In this document: positions 20,274 to 29,692 of the stretch, piece by piece | Layout of the letters: the number at the start of each line of letters is the position of its first letter | Position numbering within the stretch: the stretch's first letter is position 1 | Source of the DNA: a virus | Taxonomy: Duplodnaviria > Heunggongvirae > Uroviricota > Caudoviricetes | DNA: 64,000 nt | IMG/VR virus record: IMGVR_UViG_3300045988_007243 | Direction: 5' to 3' (one strand) | Program-made: the position numbers and the translations under genes | The notes under the pieces: model-generated | What the model was told of the DNA's origin: nothing | Database searches by the model: none | What the model saw: the letters and a program-made list of their open reading frames with translations, nothing else

Positions 20274-20350
20274 TGGTCTCTGTTGGAGGACTTGAACCTC
20301 CGGCCTTACCGCCCCAAACGGAACGCTCTACCAAGCTGAGCTAAACAGAG
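20274..20350 (-). tRNA. tRNA-Pro (UGG)
   Basis: Perfect acceptor ctctgtt/aacagag, perfect T- and D-stems, anticodon loop gives UGG. Confidence 0.6.
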
Positions 20351-20467
20351 ATAAACTTTTCAAACTCTATGTAACCACTTTAACATTATTTTTTAGTGAT
20401 TGTCAAGAACTTTTTAAAATATTTTTCAGTATCTTAGAAAAGCTCTCATTTCGTTTCTATGTAGAAC

Positions 20468-20496
20468 ATATTAAAGGGTATTAAACACATTGTCAA
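20468..20496 (-). promoter_or_regulatory. sigma70-like promoter driving the tRNA array
   Basis: Minus strand reads TTGACA-17 bp-TAATAT about 120 bp upstream of the first tRNA. Confidence 0.55.
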
Positions 20497-20514
20497 TACC
20501 CTTTTTAAAACTTT

Positions 20515-21930
20515 TTACCAGATATAACGGTCAATCATTACTGCTTTGAGCATTACGCTGATTGGGTCAAACTTCTCACCACCAAGCAGAGCTTTTAAAG
20601 TGGCTGGAGAGAAACCAGATACCATTGCTACACCGTTATCCTTAACAGACACTTCGCAAGTACCATTACGGTTTGCTAAGTACCAGAATACCAGTTGTGG
20701 CATTTCGTATCCAGCTTTTTTGTACTTACTCTGAATTGCTTCAAAGTTTGTACGACCGTTAGCTCCATCAACCTGATTGAACTCCATATCGGAGAAGATG
20801 ATAAGCTTACTTGGCATATCTTTCTGAGTCAAGTTGTTTCTTTTACCTGTCTCAAGAATACGGTCAAAAGCAGCTTGTAAGTTAGTTGAGCCATATTCAA
20901 CGTGTCGCATCACCTGACGATGACGGTTTCGTAAATCACCACTCAGTTCGATGAAGTGAGGGTTTGTTGAATAAACCATCAACTCATTCTTAAAGCAACC
21001 TGTATTGCGTTCTGCTACATACAAGGCAAGTGATACACCAATATCCAGAGCAGTAATGGAGCCAAAATTCACCCAATACATTGAACTTGACACATCAGAC
21101 ATACATAGAATGTTTTCACCCTCTGCCATCCAGTTTGGTAGTGCTTTCCACTGCTCATTAGCAACATCTGCATTACCATACTTAACAGATTTAATCACAT
21201 CGTATGGGTAAACAGCACCAGCATTAATCTTAGTCTCACCCTTTGATAAGGACTCGATGTAAGCTTTGTAGCGTTCTCCATCTTTGCGGTTAAACAGTTT
21301 TTGGTAACGTGCAGCAGCAAGTGAAGGAATCTTACTGTAGTCAATCTTACCAAACTCATTAGCAGAGATTTTTTGCTCGACTGTATCAGATAGTGCAGAC
21401 AACAGTGTGCGGTACTCTTTCTCACTCAAGTTGGCAAACTTGCAGAAACGTTTTACAAACTGCTTATGACGTGGTTTGACTCGTGGTAACCACTTAGCTG
21501 CCAAACCTGCTGTTGCAGGGTCTAGTAATGCTGCTTCTAAATGTTTGAAGGCATCTGTCTCGAAACGAGTACCTACGAAGATTTTGAAGTCATCAAAACG
21601 ACCAAGTTCTGCAATCTTATCCATAATGCGAAGAACCTGTGTAGGCTCTAAAACTTTATCTTCAATCGCTTGAAGCAAAACAGTTCTGAAGGCTTTACGC
21701 TCACCCATACCTTCTCGTACATCTCGCATATGCAGTAAAATACGAACTGCAACATCAACATCCTCACGCAAAGCTTTGTAGAACAGGTCTGGTAAGATTT
21801 CTACATTGCTACGGCTTGAACCAGCAGCTTTGTAAAAGTCTACAAGAGCAGACATTGATGAAGTATGGTTTACAGCACCATTTTCAGTTCGACCTGCATG
21901 AAGGTGCGCATGTTTAAATAATTCGCTCAT
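20515..21930 (-). CDS. vWA (MIDAS) domain protein, possibly Ro/TROVE-like
   Basis: 471 aa; DxSxS MIDAS motif (MSDVSSSM) within a vWA-like fold; about 280 aa N-terminal domain of unknown type. Confidence 0.5.
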   Translation of the reverse strand: MSELFKHAHLHAGRTENGAVNHTSSMSALVDFYKAAGSSRSNVEILPDLFYKALREDVDVAVRILLHMRDVREGMGERKAFRTVLLQAIEDKVLEPTQVLRIMDKIAELGRFDDFKIFVGTRFETDAFKHLEAALLDPATAGLAAKWLPRVKPRHKQFVKRFCKFANLSEKEYRTLLSALSDTVEQKISANEFGKIDYSKIPSLAAARYQKLFNRKDGERYKAYIESLSKGETKINAGAVYPYDVIKSVKYGNADVANEQWKALPNWMAEGENILCMSDVSSSMYWVNFGSITALDIGVSLALYVAERNTGCFKNELMVYSTNPHFIELSGDLRNRHRQVMRHVEYGSTNLQAAFDRILETGKRNNLTQKDMPSKLIIFSDMEFNQVDGANGRTNFEAIQSKYKKAGYEMPQLVFWYLANRNGTCEVSVKDNGVAMVSGFSPATLKALLGGEKFDPISVMLKAVMIDRYIW

Positions 21931-22012
21931 ATTTTTCTCTCTTCTCTCATTTTGTTTGTTGATGTGACAGACTTTAGAGTAACTTTATAGAGTCTGTCAA
22001 CATCTTTTAAAA

Positions 22013-22384
22013 TTATTTTTTGAGGGTTGCAACAGCAGAGAACGTTGGTTTGTTATCTGTCTGAGACTGACCACCGTTATCAGGAGTCTTCTTAGTGTCT
22101 GCTGCAATGGCTTTCATCTCACCTGCTGAGTGAGTCATGATAGTTTTACCGACCTCAATCATACTCTTGATGGTTACATCGTCTGTGTTTAACCCGAACT
22201 CTGCAAGCTTAGCAGCGTCCCTTGTAACAATCGCCTCAAACAACTTTGCAGCAAACTCAGCAGAATTATCAATGGTCAGTTGAGCTTTTACAAGTGAGCT
22301 TTTGTTACGAGAGCCTTTTGGTCTTCCAGATGGGTTTCCAGATTGGCCTTTTTTAAACTGGCCTTTGTTTGTTCTGTTTTTCAT
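22013..22384 (-). CDS. hypothetical protein (GNPxGRPKG motif)
   Basis: 123 aa, basic N-terminus with GQSGNPSGRPKGS motif. Confidence 0.4.
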   Translation of the reverse strand: MKNRTNKGQFKKGQSGNPSGRPKGSRNKSSLVKAQLTIDNSAEFAAKLFEAIVTRDAAKLAEFGLNTDDVTIKSMIEVGKTIMTHSAGEMKAIAADTKKTPDNGGQSQTDNKPTFSAVATLKK

Positions 22385-22633
22385 TGGTATGCCTCTTATA
22401 AGACCTCTTAAAAGGCTTTTAAGATAAAAGATAGATATCCAGAAAGATATCTGTTTAAATAGCCTTTTTAGAGGAACCTTTTAAGTTATCTTCTAAGTAT
22501 TTATAAGCCTACACCTTGTCAAGTACTTTGTCAACAACTTTTTTAACTTGCAATAGTTCTTGACTTGTTGTATGGATTACTGTACCATCTTACTTAAAGC
22601 TGTAGGTCTGCCTTGTTCTACAAAGGAGACTTA

Positions 22634-22795
22634 ATGAGAAAATCAAATAAACCGAAGAAAGGTAAGAATACCAATCACTGTAAGGAATCAAAAAGGGTAG
22701 AGTTAATCTACTATTCATCCTCTGAAATTGGTCTGTACCTGTTCTTTCAAAATTACAGAAGACAAGAGGATTATCTATGTGTAGTTCCCAATTAG
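22634..22795 (+). CDS. small hypothetical protein
   Basis: Start moved to internal ATG preceded by AAAGGAGA RBS; basic 53 aa product. Confidence 0.3.
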   Translation: MRKSNKPKKGKNTNHCKESKRVELIYYSSSEIGLYLFFQNYRRQEDYLCVVPN

Positions 22796-23010
22796 AAATC
22801 GCAGATATTATAGATTTATATCAAACTGCAAAGAGTCATGGCTATATAACCTCAATTGGAAAGAATAGTCACTATGATGCTTTGACTGGAATGTATTTCA
22901 GGGCAATGGCTCAATCTAGTGAACAACACTTAATGGTTTCTTCCAGTGAGTTTACTTCGTTTCTCTATTGCAGCAAAATTATAAATCGCAGGAGAACTGA
23001 AAAATGTTAA
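22777..23010 (+). CDS. hypothetical protein
   Basis: 77 aa ORF, first of plus-strand block. Confidence 0.3.
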   Translation: MCSSQLEIADIIDLYQTAKSHGYITSIGKNSHYDALTGMYFRAMAQSSEQHLMVSSSEFTSFLYCSKIINRRRTEKC

Positions 23011-23594
23011 CAGTAAGTTTTAATTACAATAGTGATGGCTCTGTATCAATTAATTCACCATATGCAAATGACCTACTTAAAGAGCTAGTCAATCAGTGTG
23101 ATAGAGGTCTTCACTATGTTCAAAATTCTTTTAAACAGAAGACTATTGCTAATAACTTGATGCGTGTGACGGTTACAACATCAAATCCAAACTATGACAT
23201 TGATAGTGAGAGTCCTTACTCTTTAGTGGCTCTTGGAGAATGCAGTCAATTCAAACTTGTATGCCACGACTCAGAAACATTTCTTAAGGTATTTTCAAAC
23301 CTTATTCATAATAATAAGTATGGGTATGTTGATGGGAGTGTTAACTTCTATCCAGCGAACTATACCTGTCTGTTGATTGATAATATGAGAAGTAGCAAGC
23401 AAGAGCCTACAGAGATTTCATTTGATGTGAACTCTAGTCCAGACGCAGAAACAAGTAATAACTTTGATATGAGTTACGCACTATCACTTAGTAAGAAATC
23501 CGAGTTCATTGATTATGTCAATGGATTTGGTTTTAAGTTTGACGAGAGCATGAATCTCAAAAAACTTAAGAACCTACTTAAGACCAAAGCTTAA
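23004..23594 (+). CDS. hypothetical protein
   Basis: 196 aa ORF; hairpin with T-rich tail follows. Confidence 0.4.
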   Translation: MLTVSFNYNSDGSVSINSPYANDLLKELVNQCDRGLHYVQNSFKQKTIANNLMRVTVTTSNPNYDIDSESPYSLVALGECSQFKLVCHDSETFLKVFSNLIHNNKYGYVDGSVNFYPANYTCLLIDNMRSSKQEPTEISFDVNSSPDAETSNNFDMSYALSLSKKSEFIDYVNGFGFKFDESMNLKKLKNLLKTKA

Positions 23595-23641
23595 GTATAA
23601 ACAGGGGCTAATGCCCCTTTATCTATTTATAAGGATATTTA

Positions 23642-24013
23642 ATGAAGGCTAAGAGTGCAAAAGACTTTTATTGCTTCCTACAATCCTATATTAATTCCGT
23701 GGAGAAAGGTGAGAGATATAATCTTAACGATGTTATTGCATCACCTTTAACATGGGGACTTAGCAAATGGCCTGAAGAAGATATTACACCAACTGCCGAA
23801 CAACCTACCTATAAACCAGAAATTAAACTCCCAGATTCAGATAAGTTACTATACCCAATGTTCCACATTGTTGGGCTTGGTACGTTTCTTATGGATATCC
23901 AGTATGTAATTGGTAAGGGCTATAAAGTTGAAGGTATTGTTGTTAGTGATGTGTCTCCACAACATAAAGGCTATTTTAGATTAAACGCACGTTTAGAGGC
24001 TAAAAAGAAATGA
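23642..24013 (+). CDS. hypothetical protein, paralog of N-terminal domain of next gene
   Basis: 123 aa; shares DFY, W-P-E-DI, YKP, F-MD-QY-I-GK pattern with residues 1-120 of the 24010-25143 product. Confidence 0.45.
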   Translation: MKAKSAKDFYCFLQSYINSVEKGERYNLNDVIASPLTWGLSKWPEEDITPTAEQPTYKPEIKLPDSDKLLYPMFHIVGLGTFLMDIQYVIGKGYKVEGIVVSDVSPQHKGYFRLNARLEAKKK

Positions 24014-25143
24014 TTAAAGCAAAGACTTACCCAGACTTCAAAGAATTTGTAAAAGGTTTCGTTGCAAATGTAAAGGCTGGTAAGAGATATGATTTTAGAA
24101 CATATCAAGAAGCTATTTTACCGCTAACCTATAGCTCATATTGGCCTGAAGCTGATATTGCAGAGGTTGCGAAGTTTGACTACAAACCAGACTACAAAGT
24201 TCCTTTTAGTGATGAACTCCTTTACAGTGTTGGTGCACAGATGAGGACTGCTGATTTCTTCATGGATTTACAGTATGCAATCATCAATGGTAAAGACGTT
24301 GACACAGTGTATTGTGAATGGTTGGCAAGAGTTAAGCCGTTCTCAATGTTGAATGCTAAGTTGAAGGATGCTATTAAGCCACCAGCAATTACTCAGCAAC
24401 CAACAGGTCAAACAGTCAATGAGGGTGGCACACTTACTCTAAGCATTCTAGCAACTAACGCCACTGGATATCAGTGGAAGAAGGATGGTGAGGATATCCC
24501 TAGTGCCAATTCTGCAACTTACACAAAACAGTCAGTAGCACCTTCTGACGCTGGTTCATACACTTGTGTTGTATCTGGAGAGGGTGGAACAAGTGTTACC
24601 TCAGATGCAGCAACAGTTACTGTGAACGCACTACCTGTGATTACCAAGCAACCTTCTAATCAGACTATTAATGAAGGTGGAAACATCAACTTAGCAGTTA
24701 CTGCAACAGGTGCGACAGGTTACCAGTGGAAGAAAGATGGCTCTGACATTCCTTCAGCGACAAACGCTACCTATAGCAAGTCTGGTGCTCTGCCAGCAGA
24801 TGCAGGTTCATACACTTGCGTTGTAACAGGTGCAGGTGGTTCTGTTACTTCTAGCCCTGCAACAGTTACTGTGAATGCACTTCCGGTAATCACTCAGCAA
24901 CCAACCAATCAAGAAATCACTGAAGGTGAGACCTTAACACTGAATGTTGTGGCAACAGGTGCGACAGGTTATCAGTGGAAGAAAGGTGAGGAAGTCATCC
25001 CAGATGCAACTGCTGCAACTTACACCAAAGAAGGTGCAACCGCTGCTGATGCAGGAAGCTACACCTGTGTAGTGACTGGCGCAGGTGGCTCTGTAACATC
25101 TAATGCAGCAACAGTTACAGTTAACCCAGCAGGGGAGGCGTAA
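24010..25143 (+). CDS. Ig-like domain protein (three tandem Ig-like repeats)
   Basis: 377 aa; three ~83-aa repeats each with YQWKKDG...DAGSYTCVV...ATVTVN (Ig-like signature). Confidence 0.6.
   Translation: MIKAKTYPDFKEFVKGFVANVKAGKRYDFRTYQEAILPLTYSSYWPEADIAEVAKFDYKPDYKVPFSDELLYSVGAQMRTADFFMDLQYAIINGKDVDTVYCEWLARVKPFSMLNAKLKDAIKPPAITQQPTGQTVNEGGTLTLSILATNATGYQWKKDGEDIPSANSATYTKQSVAPSDAGSYTCVVSGEGGTSVTSDAATVTVNALPVITKQPSNQTINEGGNINLAVTATGATGYQWKKDGSDIPSATNATYSKSGALPADAGSYTCVVTGAGGSVTSSPATVTVNALPVITQQPTNQEITEGETLTLNVVATGATGYQWKKGEEVIPDATAATYTKEGATAADAGSYTCVVTGAGGSVTSNAATVTVNPAGEA
24391..25140 (+). repeat. three tandem ~249-bp coding repeats (Ig-like domains)
   Basis: Units at about 24391-24639, 24640-24885, 24886-25140 with strongly conserved motif blocks. 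Confidence 0.6.
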
Positions 25144-25607
25144 TGCAACTCTCAAGAAAAGGTTTAGATGCTATTAAGTTCTTCGAAGGTCTGAAGTTAG
25201 AGGCTTACGAAGACTCTGCCGGAATCCCAACAATCGGGTATGGGACAATCCGTATTGACGGGAAACCTGTTAAGATGGGTATGAAAATCACGGCTGAACA
25301 AGCTGAACAGTATCTTCTCGCAGATGTTGAAAAGTTTGTTGCAGCAGTGAACAAAGCTATCAAGGTTCCAACTTCTCAGAATGAGTTCGATGCACTTGTA
25401 AGTGAAACATACAACATCGGTATCACAGCTATGCAGGATTCTACATTTATCAAGCGCCACAATGCTGGTAATAAGGTAGGTTGTGCAGAAGCTATGCAGT
25501 GGTGGAACAAGATTACAGTCAAAGGTAAGAAGGTCACTTCAAACGGCTTGAAAAACAGACGTAGAATGGAAGCTGACATTTATCTTGACAGTGTATATCC
25601 AAAGTAA
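25143..25607 (+). CDS. endolysin, GH24 (T4/lambda-type lysozyme)
   Basis: 154 aa; catalytic E-8aa-D-5aa-T pattern (EGLKLEAYEDSAGIPTIGYG). Confidence 0.75.
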   Translation: MQLSRKGLDAIKFFEGLKLEAYEDSAGIPTIGYGTIRIDGKPVKMGMKITAEQAEQYLLADVEKFVAAVNKAIKVPTSQNEFDALVSETYNIGITAMQDSTFIKRHNAGNKVGCAEAMQWWNKITVKGKKVTSNGLKNRRRMEADIYLDSVYPK

Positions 25608-25614
25608 TATCTTC

Positions 25615-25644
25615 ATAGGCTCCTTCGGGAGCCTTTTTTATTTT
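25615..25644 (+). terminator. intrinsic terminator after endolysin
   Basis: aggctccttcgggagcct hairpin followed by TTTTTTATTTT. Confidence 0.65.
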
Positions 25645-25658
25645 CTAAGGAGAAAACT

Positions 25659-26057
25659 ATGAAACTTTGGGCTAGTGATTTTGGGACTTTTAAATACACT
25701 CGTAATGGTTCGCTTGTACGCATCATTGGAAACAATGTAGTTTCAAGAGGCGACAAGGTGTATACACGGTTTACTGTAGAGCTTGTTGAACTGTCACCTA
25801 TTGAGTCTGTGAACAATGGTATGTTCAAGTTTGAGACTTACAATGTCAATGAGCATGGACAATTCAATCCTCTTGGTGAAAGTGGACTTGATATTATTTC
25901 AGAGCACCCATTGACAAAAGAGCAACTTGCAGGTTACTATAAAACTGTTCTTGAAAGGCAGTTAGCAACACATGAACAAGAAGCTAACTACCATTTACAG
26001 CATTGCGAAACTTTAAGAGCAAAAATCGAACAAGCAGAGAGAGGTTTTTATGAATAA
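25659..26057 (+). CDS. hypothetical protein
   Basis: 132 aa ORF with AAGGAGAAA RBS. Confidence 0.4.
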   Translation: MKLWASDFGTFKYTRNGSLVRIIGNNVVSRGDKVYTRFTVELVELSPIESVNNGMFKFETYNVNEHGQFNPLGESGLDIISEHPLTKEQLAGYYKTVLERQLATHEQEANYHLQHCETLRAKIEQAERGFYE

Positions 26058-26445
26058 TAACAGTCATATCCACGTTAAAGTTGATGTCAGTCGTTACAGC
26101 GAAAATGAGGAACTAGACCTGCGAGATGCTCTTCTATTTGAGAAGAATGGCAATCTTCATTTGCATTTTGAAGGTACAAATACGTACCTCCACAGATGCC
26201 GAGATGATGCAGACGGTTGTCCTGTTTTTGCTTGGTATAATTTAGAGTTTCCTCTTTATGCCATCCACTATCCAGATGGTGGAGAAGACTGGACTACCCA
26301 ATCAATCTTTGATGAGCTTAACGGTATTCCAGTTGAGCAAGAAGAGCAAGAACCTGTTGAACTCACCTTTACTTTCATCAAAGAAGAGAAAGTTGGTGAT
26401 TTGTCTGTAACTGAAGCAATTCAAGTTTCACAGGTTATTCGTTAA
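26050..26445 (+). CDS. hypothetical protein
   Basis: 131 aa ORF, overlapping start/stop with neighbours. Confidence 0.4.
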   Translation: MNNNSHIHVKVDVSRYSENEELDLRDALLFEKNGNLHLHFEGTNTYLHRCRDDADGCPVFAWYNLEFPLYAIHYPDGGEDWTTQSIFDELNGIPVEQEEQEPVELTFTFIKEEKVGDLSVTEAIQVSQVIR

Positions 26446-26738
26446 TGAGCAAAGTACAGGTTATCTTCCCTATTTGTGACTTCTCACTAGAGCGTGAACT
26501 TGACCTGTACGAAGAAATTACTGACGAAATCATCTGGTCTGTTGTAGAAGAGGCTATCAAGAAGCTGTATGGTGGCCTCTTAAACCCATCAAGTAAAAAG
26601 CTCAATACTAAACAAGTAGCTGATACGTACACTTCATACGATGCCTACAACAAACCTTTTGAGAATACCTGCTTTGACCTTATGGTAGGTAATAATAAAG
26701 TCAACTATTTCTTCGTCAGAGAGTTTAACGATGAGTAA
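26445..26738 (+). CDS. hypothetical protein
   Basis: 97 aa ORF. Confidence 0.35.
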   Translation: MSKVQVIFPICDFSLERELDLYEEITDEIIWSVVEEAIKKLYGGLLNPSSKKLNTKQVADTYTSYDAYNKPFENTCFDLMVGNNKVNYFFVREFNDE

Positions 26739-27075
26739 GCTCCATGTCACAGTGTACAAAAACTTCTCAGATATTAAAGAGTCTTTAACCAATAAGCTTG
26801 ACATGCAACGGAAAAGACTCTTTTTAATGTATGACATTGATAACTACAACCACCCTAGAGAGTTTAACTACAAGGATGGTACAAAGGTTGTTGAATTTGA
26901 AGATTCTGTAACAGTGTATGTCAAACATGACTTACCAGCAAAGTACATAGGGATGTTAGAGTATTACATATTTAAACATACAGGTATGCGTGGTGAGTCT
27001 GTCAAGATATCTTCTATAGAAGTTTTTGAGAAACCTAACACACAACTTAAAAAGTATTTAATGAGGAAACTATAA
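26731..27075 (+). CDS. hypothetical protein
   Basis: 114 aa ORF. Confidence 0.35.
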   Translation: MSKLHVTVYKNFSDIKESLTNKLDMQRKRLFLMYDIDNYNHPREFNYKDGTKVVEFEDSVTVYVKHDLPAKYIGMLEYYIFKHTGMRGESVKISSIEVFEKPNTQLKKYLMRKL

Positions 27076-27656
27076 TGTCAGAAGAACATGAGCACATCCA
27101 ACCAGAAGTTACATTAGTCAAACATTTCGGGAATGTAGAAGGCTGTGTAGCACTTTTTCAGACCAACATTAACTCTCCAGTCAAACTGTGCAAATTGACG
27201 ATAAACACCAACAACATCAGTGTATGTGTGAATGAAGAAGTTCAATACTTCAAATTCAATGACAAAGAGGTCGATGCTGCACTATTGAAATATAGAGCAA
27301 ATCTTGAAAAAGATATTGACCATAAAGAGGTGGTGAGTCTCTTTGCAGACCTTCATAAGCTTCTTGATAAGGTTGAAAAAAGAACATACTACATGAATAA
27401 TGGTTCTATCATTACCACTATGATTTCACCATGTATCTCTGAGCCAATCTTCACAGATGACGGTGCTTACTACATTGTAGCTTCAGCGGTATCTGATTGG
27501 TGGTTAAAGAACAACGCCCTGAAAACAGTGATTGATGCTATCAGAGAGCACATCCCTACATTCAGCCCGTGGAAAGGGAAAGGTGATGAGTTTATCGCAC
27601 TATTGAGTGAAGAGAGCAACAAGCGCAGTGCATTACTGCCTAAAAAATACTCTTGA
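27075..27656 (+). CDS. hypothetical protein
   Basis: 193 aa ORF. Confidence 0.4.
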   Translation: MSEEHEHIQPEVTLVKHFGNVEGCVALFQTNINSPVKLCKLTINTNNISVCVNEEVQYFKFNDKEVDAALLKYRANLEKDIDHKEVVSLFADLHKLLDKVEKRTYYMNNGSIITTMISPCISEPIFTDDGAYYIVASAVSDWWLKNNALKTVIDAIREHIPTFSPWKGKGDEFIALLSEESNKRSALLPKKYS

Positions 27657-27739
27657 CCGAATATACAACATTAACTATGATGGGAGCTATCGAGAGGTAG
27701 TTCCCTTTTTAGTTTCTTGAGAAGATACGTGGTGAAAGA

Positions 27740-27958
27740 ATGAAAAAACTAACTACAGTTGAAGATTACTACAAACTGTCCCTGTTAGAACAGTATCGCA
27801 GAAGCCAGAATATCAGAAAATGCTATGGTAAACACGCCGAAGGTGATTTTTACCATTGCTATGATGCAGATTTAAAAGGCGTAACACCTAGAGGGAAAGT
27901 TCTGCAAAGATTTGTTGACCTTGAATGGAACAAACGATTGAGAGGGGTTGGAAAATGA
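27740..27958 (+). CDS. hypothetical protein
   Basis: 72 aa ORF. Confidence 0.3.
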   Translation: MKKLTTVEDYYKLSLLEQYRRSQNIRKCYGKHAEGDFYHCYDADLKGVTPRGKVLQRFVDLEWNKRLRGVGK

Positions 27959-28458
27959 TTTACGAAGAGAGATACAAGATAGATTATCAGGATACTCGAC
28001 ATCACACTTCTTTAAGAGTGACAAAACCAAATGGAGATACTGGTATCATAGCACATTTTGGTGGTGATTATTGGTACGGTACGGGTTGCTTTGAAGGCTA
28101 CAGTCAAGAATACTTGAAAGCTTTCTACAGAGACTTTACAAACGACTACAACAGGGTTGTTGATGAAAAGAATAAGTGCATTAAGCATGAACACCATGCC
28201 AGAGGTTGTCTAAGTATTGTTATGGTACTTGCGTTCTTCTTAGCAATGTTACTGGCAGTATCAGCAATTAGCTGCATAGCTCAAGATTTGACAATTACAC
28301 AGATTACTGCAAAGCTACATGATGTTTGGTACTTGTATGCTGTTCCTTTAGCTGGTATTATCATCTCACTAATGAGGTTCAGAGTTCATAAGAAACGACT
28401 TAAGGACTCTGAGGGTAAACTTGAAGAGGTAAGTAAAGAATGCAACCTACAATTATAG
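27925..28458 (+). CDS. membrane protein (hypothetical)
   Basis: 177 aa with two hydrophobic helices in C-terminal half. Confidence 0.4.
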   Translation: MEQTIERGWKMIYEERYKIDYQDTRHHTSLRVTKPNGDTGIIAHFGGDYWYGTGCFEGYSQEYLKAFYRDFTNDYNRVVDEKNKCIKHEHHARGCLSIVMVLAFFLAMLLAVSAISCIAQDLTITQITAKLHDVWYLYAVPLAGIIISLMRFRVHKKRLKDSEGKLEEVSKECNLQL

Positions 28459-28534
28459 CTGTATGTATTCGTTTTGCAATCGCTGAAATGATTAACAAGG
28501 CAATCTTGAAAGATGCCTATGGAGAGACTAAGTA

Positions 28535-28759
28535 ATGATTAAGACACCTGTACCAATTTTTGGATTTCCTTCTATAGAAGAGTTTAAAGTTTATCTTGAC
28601 AAAAACTTCTACAATGAGCAGCCTGTTACTTTACTGAAGAGTGACTTATCAGAGCTTCTTGATATGGTTATCAAGGCAACTTCTGAGAAGGAACCTGAGC
28701 AGAAAGCTGAGAAGAAGACTAGTAAGAAATCCGATAAGAAGACTGAAAAGTCTGAGTAA
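28535..28759 (+). CDS. hypothetical protein (Lys/Glu-rich tail)
   Basis: 74 aa ORF. Confidence 0.3.
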   Translation: MIKTPVPIFGFPSIEEFKVYLDKNFYNEQPVTLLKSDLSELLDMVIKATSEKEPEQKAEKKTSKKSDKKTEKSE

Positions 28760-28811
28760 TAACTTAGGGGTTACTTGATAGCCCCTTTGTAGAAACTTAG
28801 AAGGTAGCGAA

Positions 28812-29234
28812 ATGAAAGAGCTTATTGGTAAAAGATTGACAGTTTATTGCTCTAAAACAAAGAAACCACTCACTTCTGTGAAGGTCTTTGATGTTGACGA
28901 CACTGGTGTAGAGTATCCAATCCAATGCACAATAATTACTCCATTCAATGCAGATGATATGGATTTTAAAGAGTGCGAAGTGATATCTTTTAATGCTGAT
29001 GGGTATTGGAGAGGTAAGTTAAACAAGCAATCGAAAGATTTTGATATGCAAATCCTCATCAATGAAGGCTATATCGGTGTAAAAGATATCCTTGTAGAAG
29101 CCTATGAAGAAGGTATAATAGATGTTGTGCATGATGTTGAAGAAGCTTTAAAGCTCATTATGCCACATTTAGAATCTGGAAAGCTGACTTTAGAGATGCT
29201 TAATAGGGTTATTCGGAGAGCTTATGAAAATTAA
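28812..29234 (+). CDS. hypothetical protein
   Basis: 140 aa ORF. Confidence 0.4.
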   Translation: MKELIGKRLTVYCSKTKKPLTSVKVFDVDDTGVEYPIQCTIITPFNADDMDFKECEVISFNADGYWRGKLNKQSKDFDMQILINEGYIGVKDILVEAYEEGIIDVVHDVEEALKLIMPHLESGKLTLEMLNRVIRRAYEN

Positions 29235-29688
29235 AGAAGTCGTTCAAAAAGCCATGCTTAACAATTCAACTAAACATGAAATGTACATAGAGATTTGTGA
29301 TAAGTTGAACTGCTCAAGACATGCTGCTAAGGTTCTTGTACATTGTTTTATCTGGGAATGCTCAGAGGCTTATATGCAATATGTAGCGTTTGAGAGTTCT
29401 CACTTACTAGGTGATGTAGAAGCTGGTGAGAAGCTAAAAGAACCTGAAGTGAAAACAGTCCCTAAAGTTGGTAATACATACCCTCTTAAAGACTTCAAGA
29501 CTGGAAAGGTTGTTGCAAAAGGTGTAGTAGAATCTGTTTATCACGATGGTAAATACTTACTTAAAATATTTGAGTATGATAGCCACCACACACACTTATG
29601 TGGGATTACATTCTTAGTAACAGAAGAAGACCTCATTAAGAACAACGGCAACAAGTTCGCAGTTCCAGCTTACCAAGTTTTACGATAA
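29224..29688 (+). CDS. hypothetical protein
   Basis: 154 aa ORF. Confidence 0.4.
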   Translation: MKIKEVVQKAMLNNSTKHEMYIEICDKLNCSRHAAKVLVHCFIWECSEAYMQYVAFESSHLLGDVEAGEKLKEPEVKTVPKVGNTYPLKDFKTGKVVAKGVVESVYHDGKYLLKIFEYDSHHTHLCGITFLVTEEDLIKNNGNKFAVPAYQVLR

Positions 29689-29692
29689 TGGT

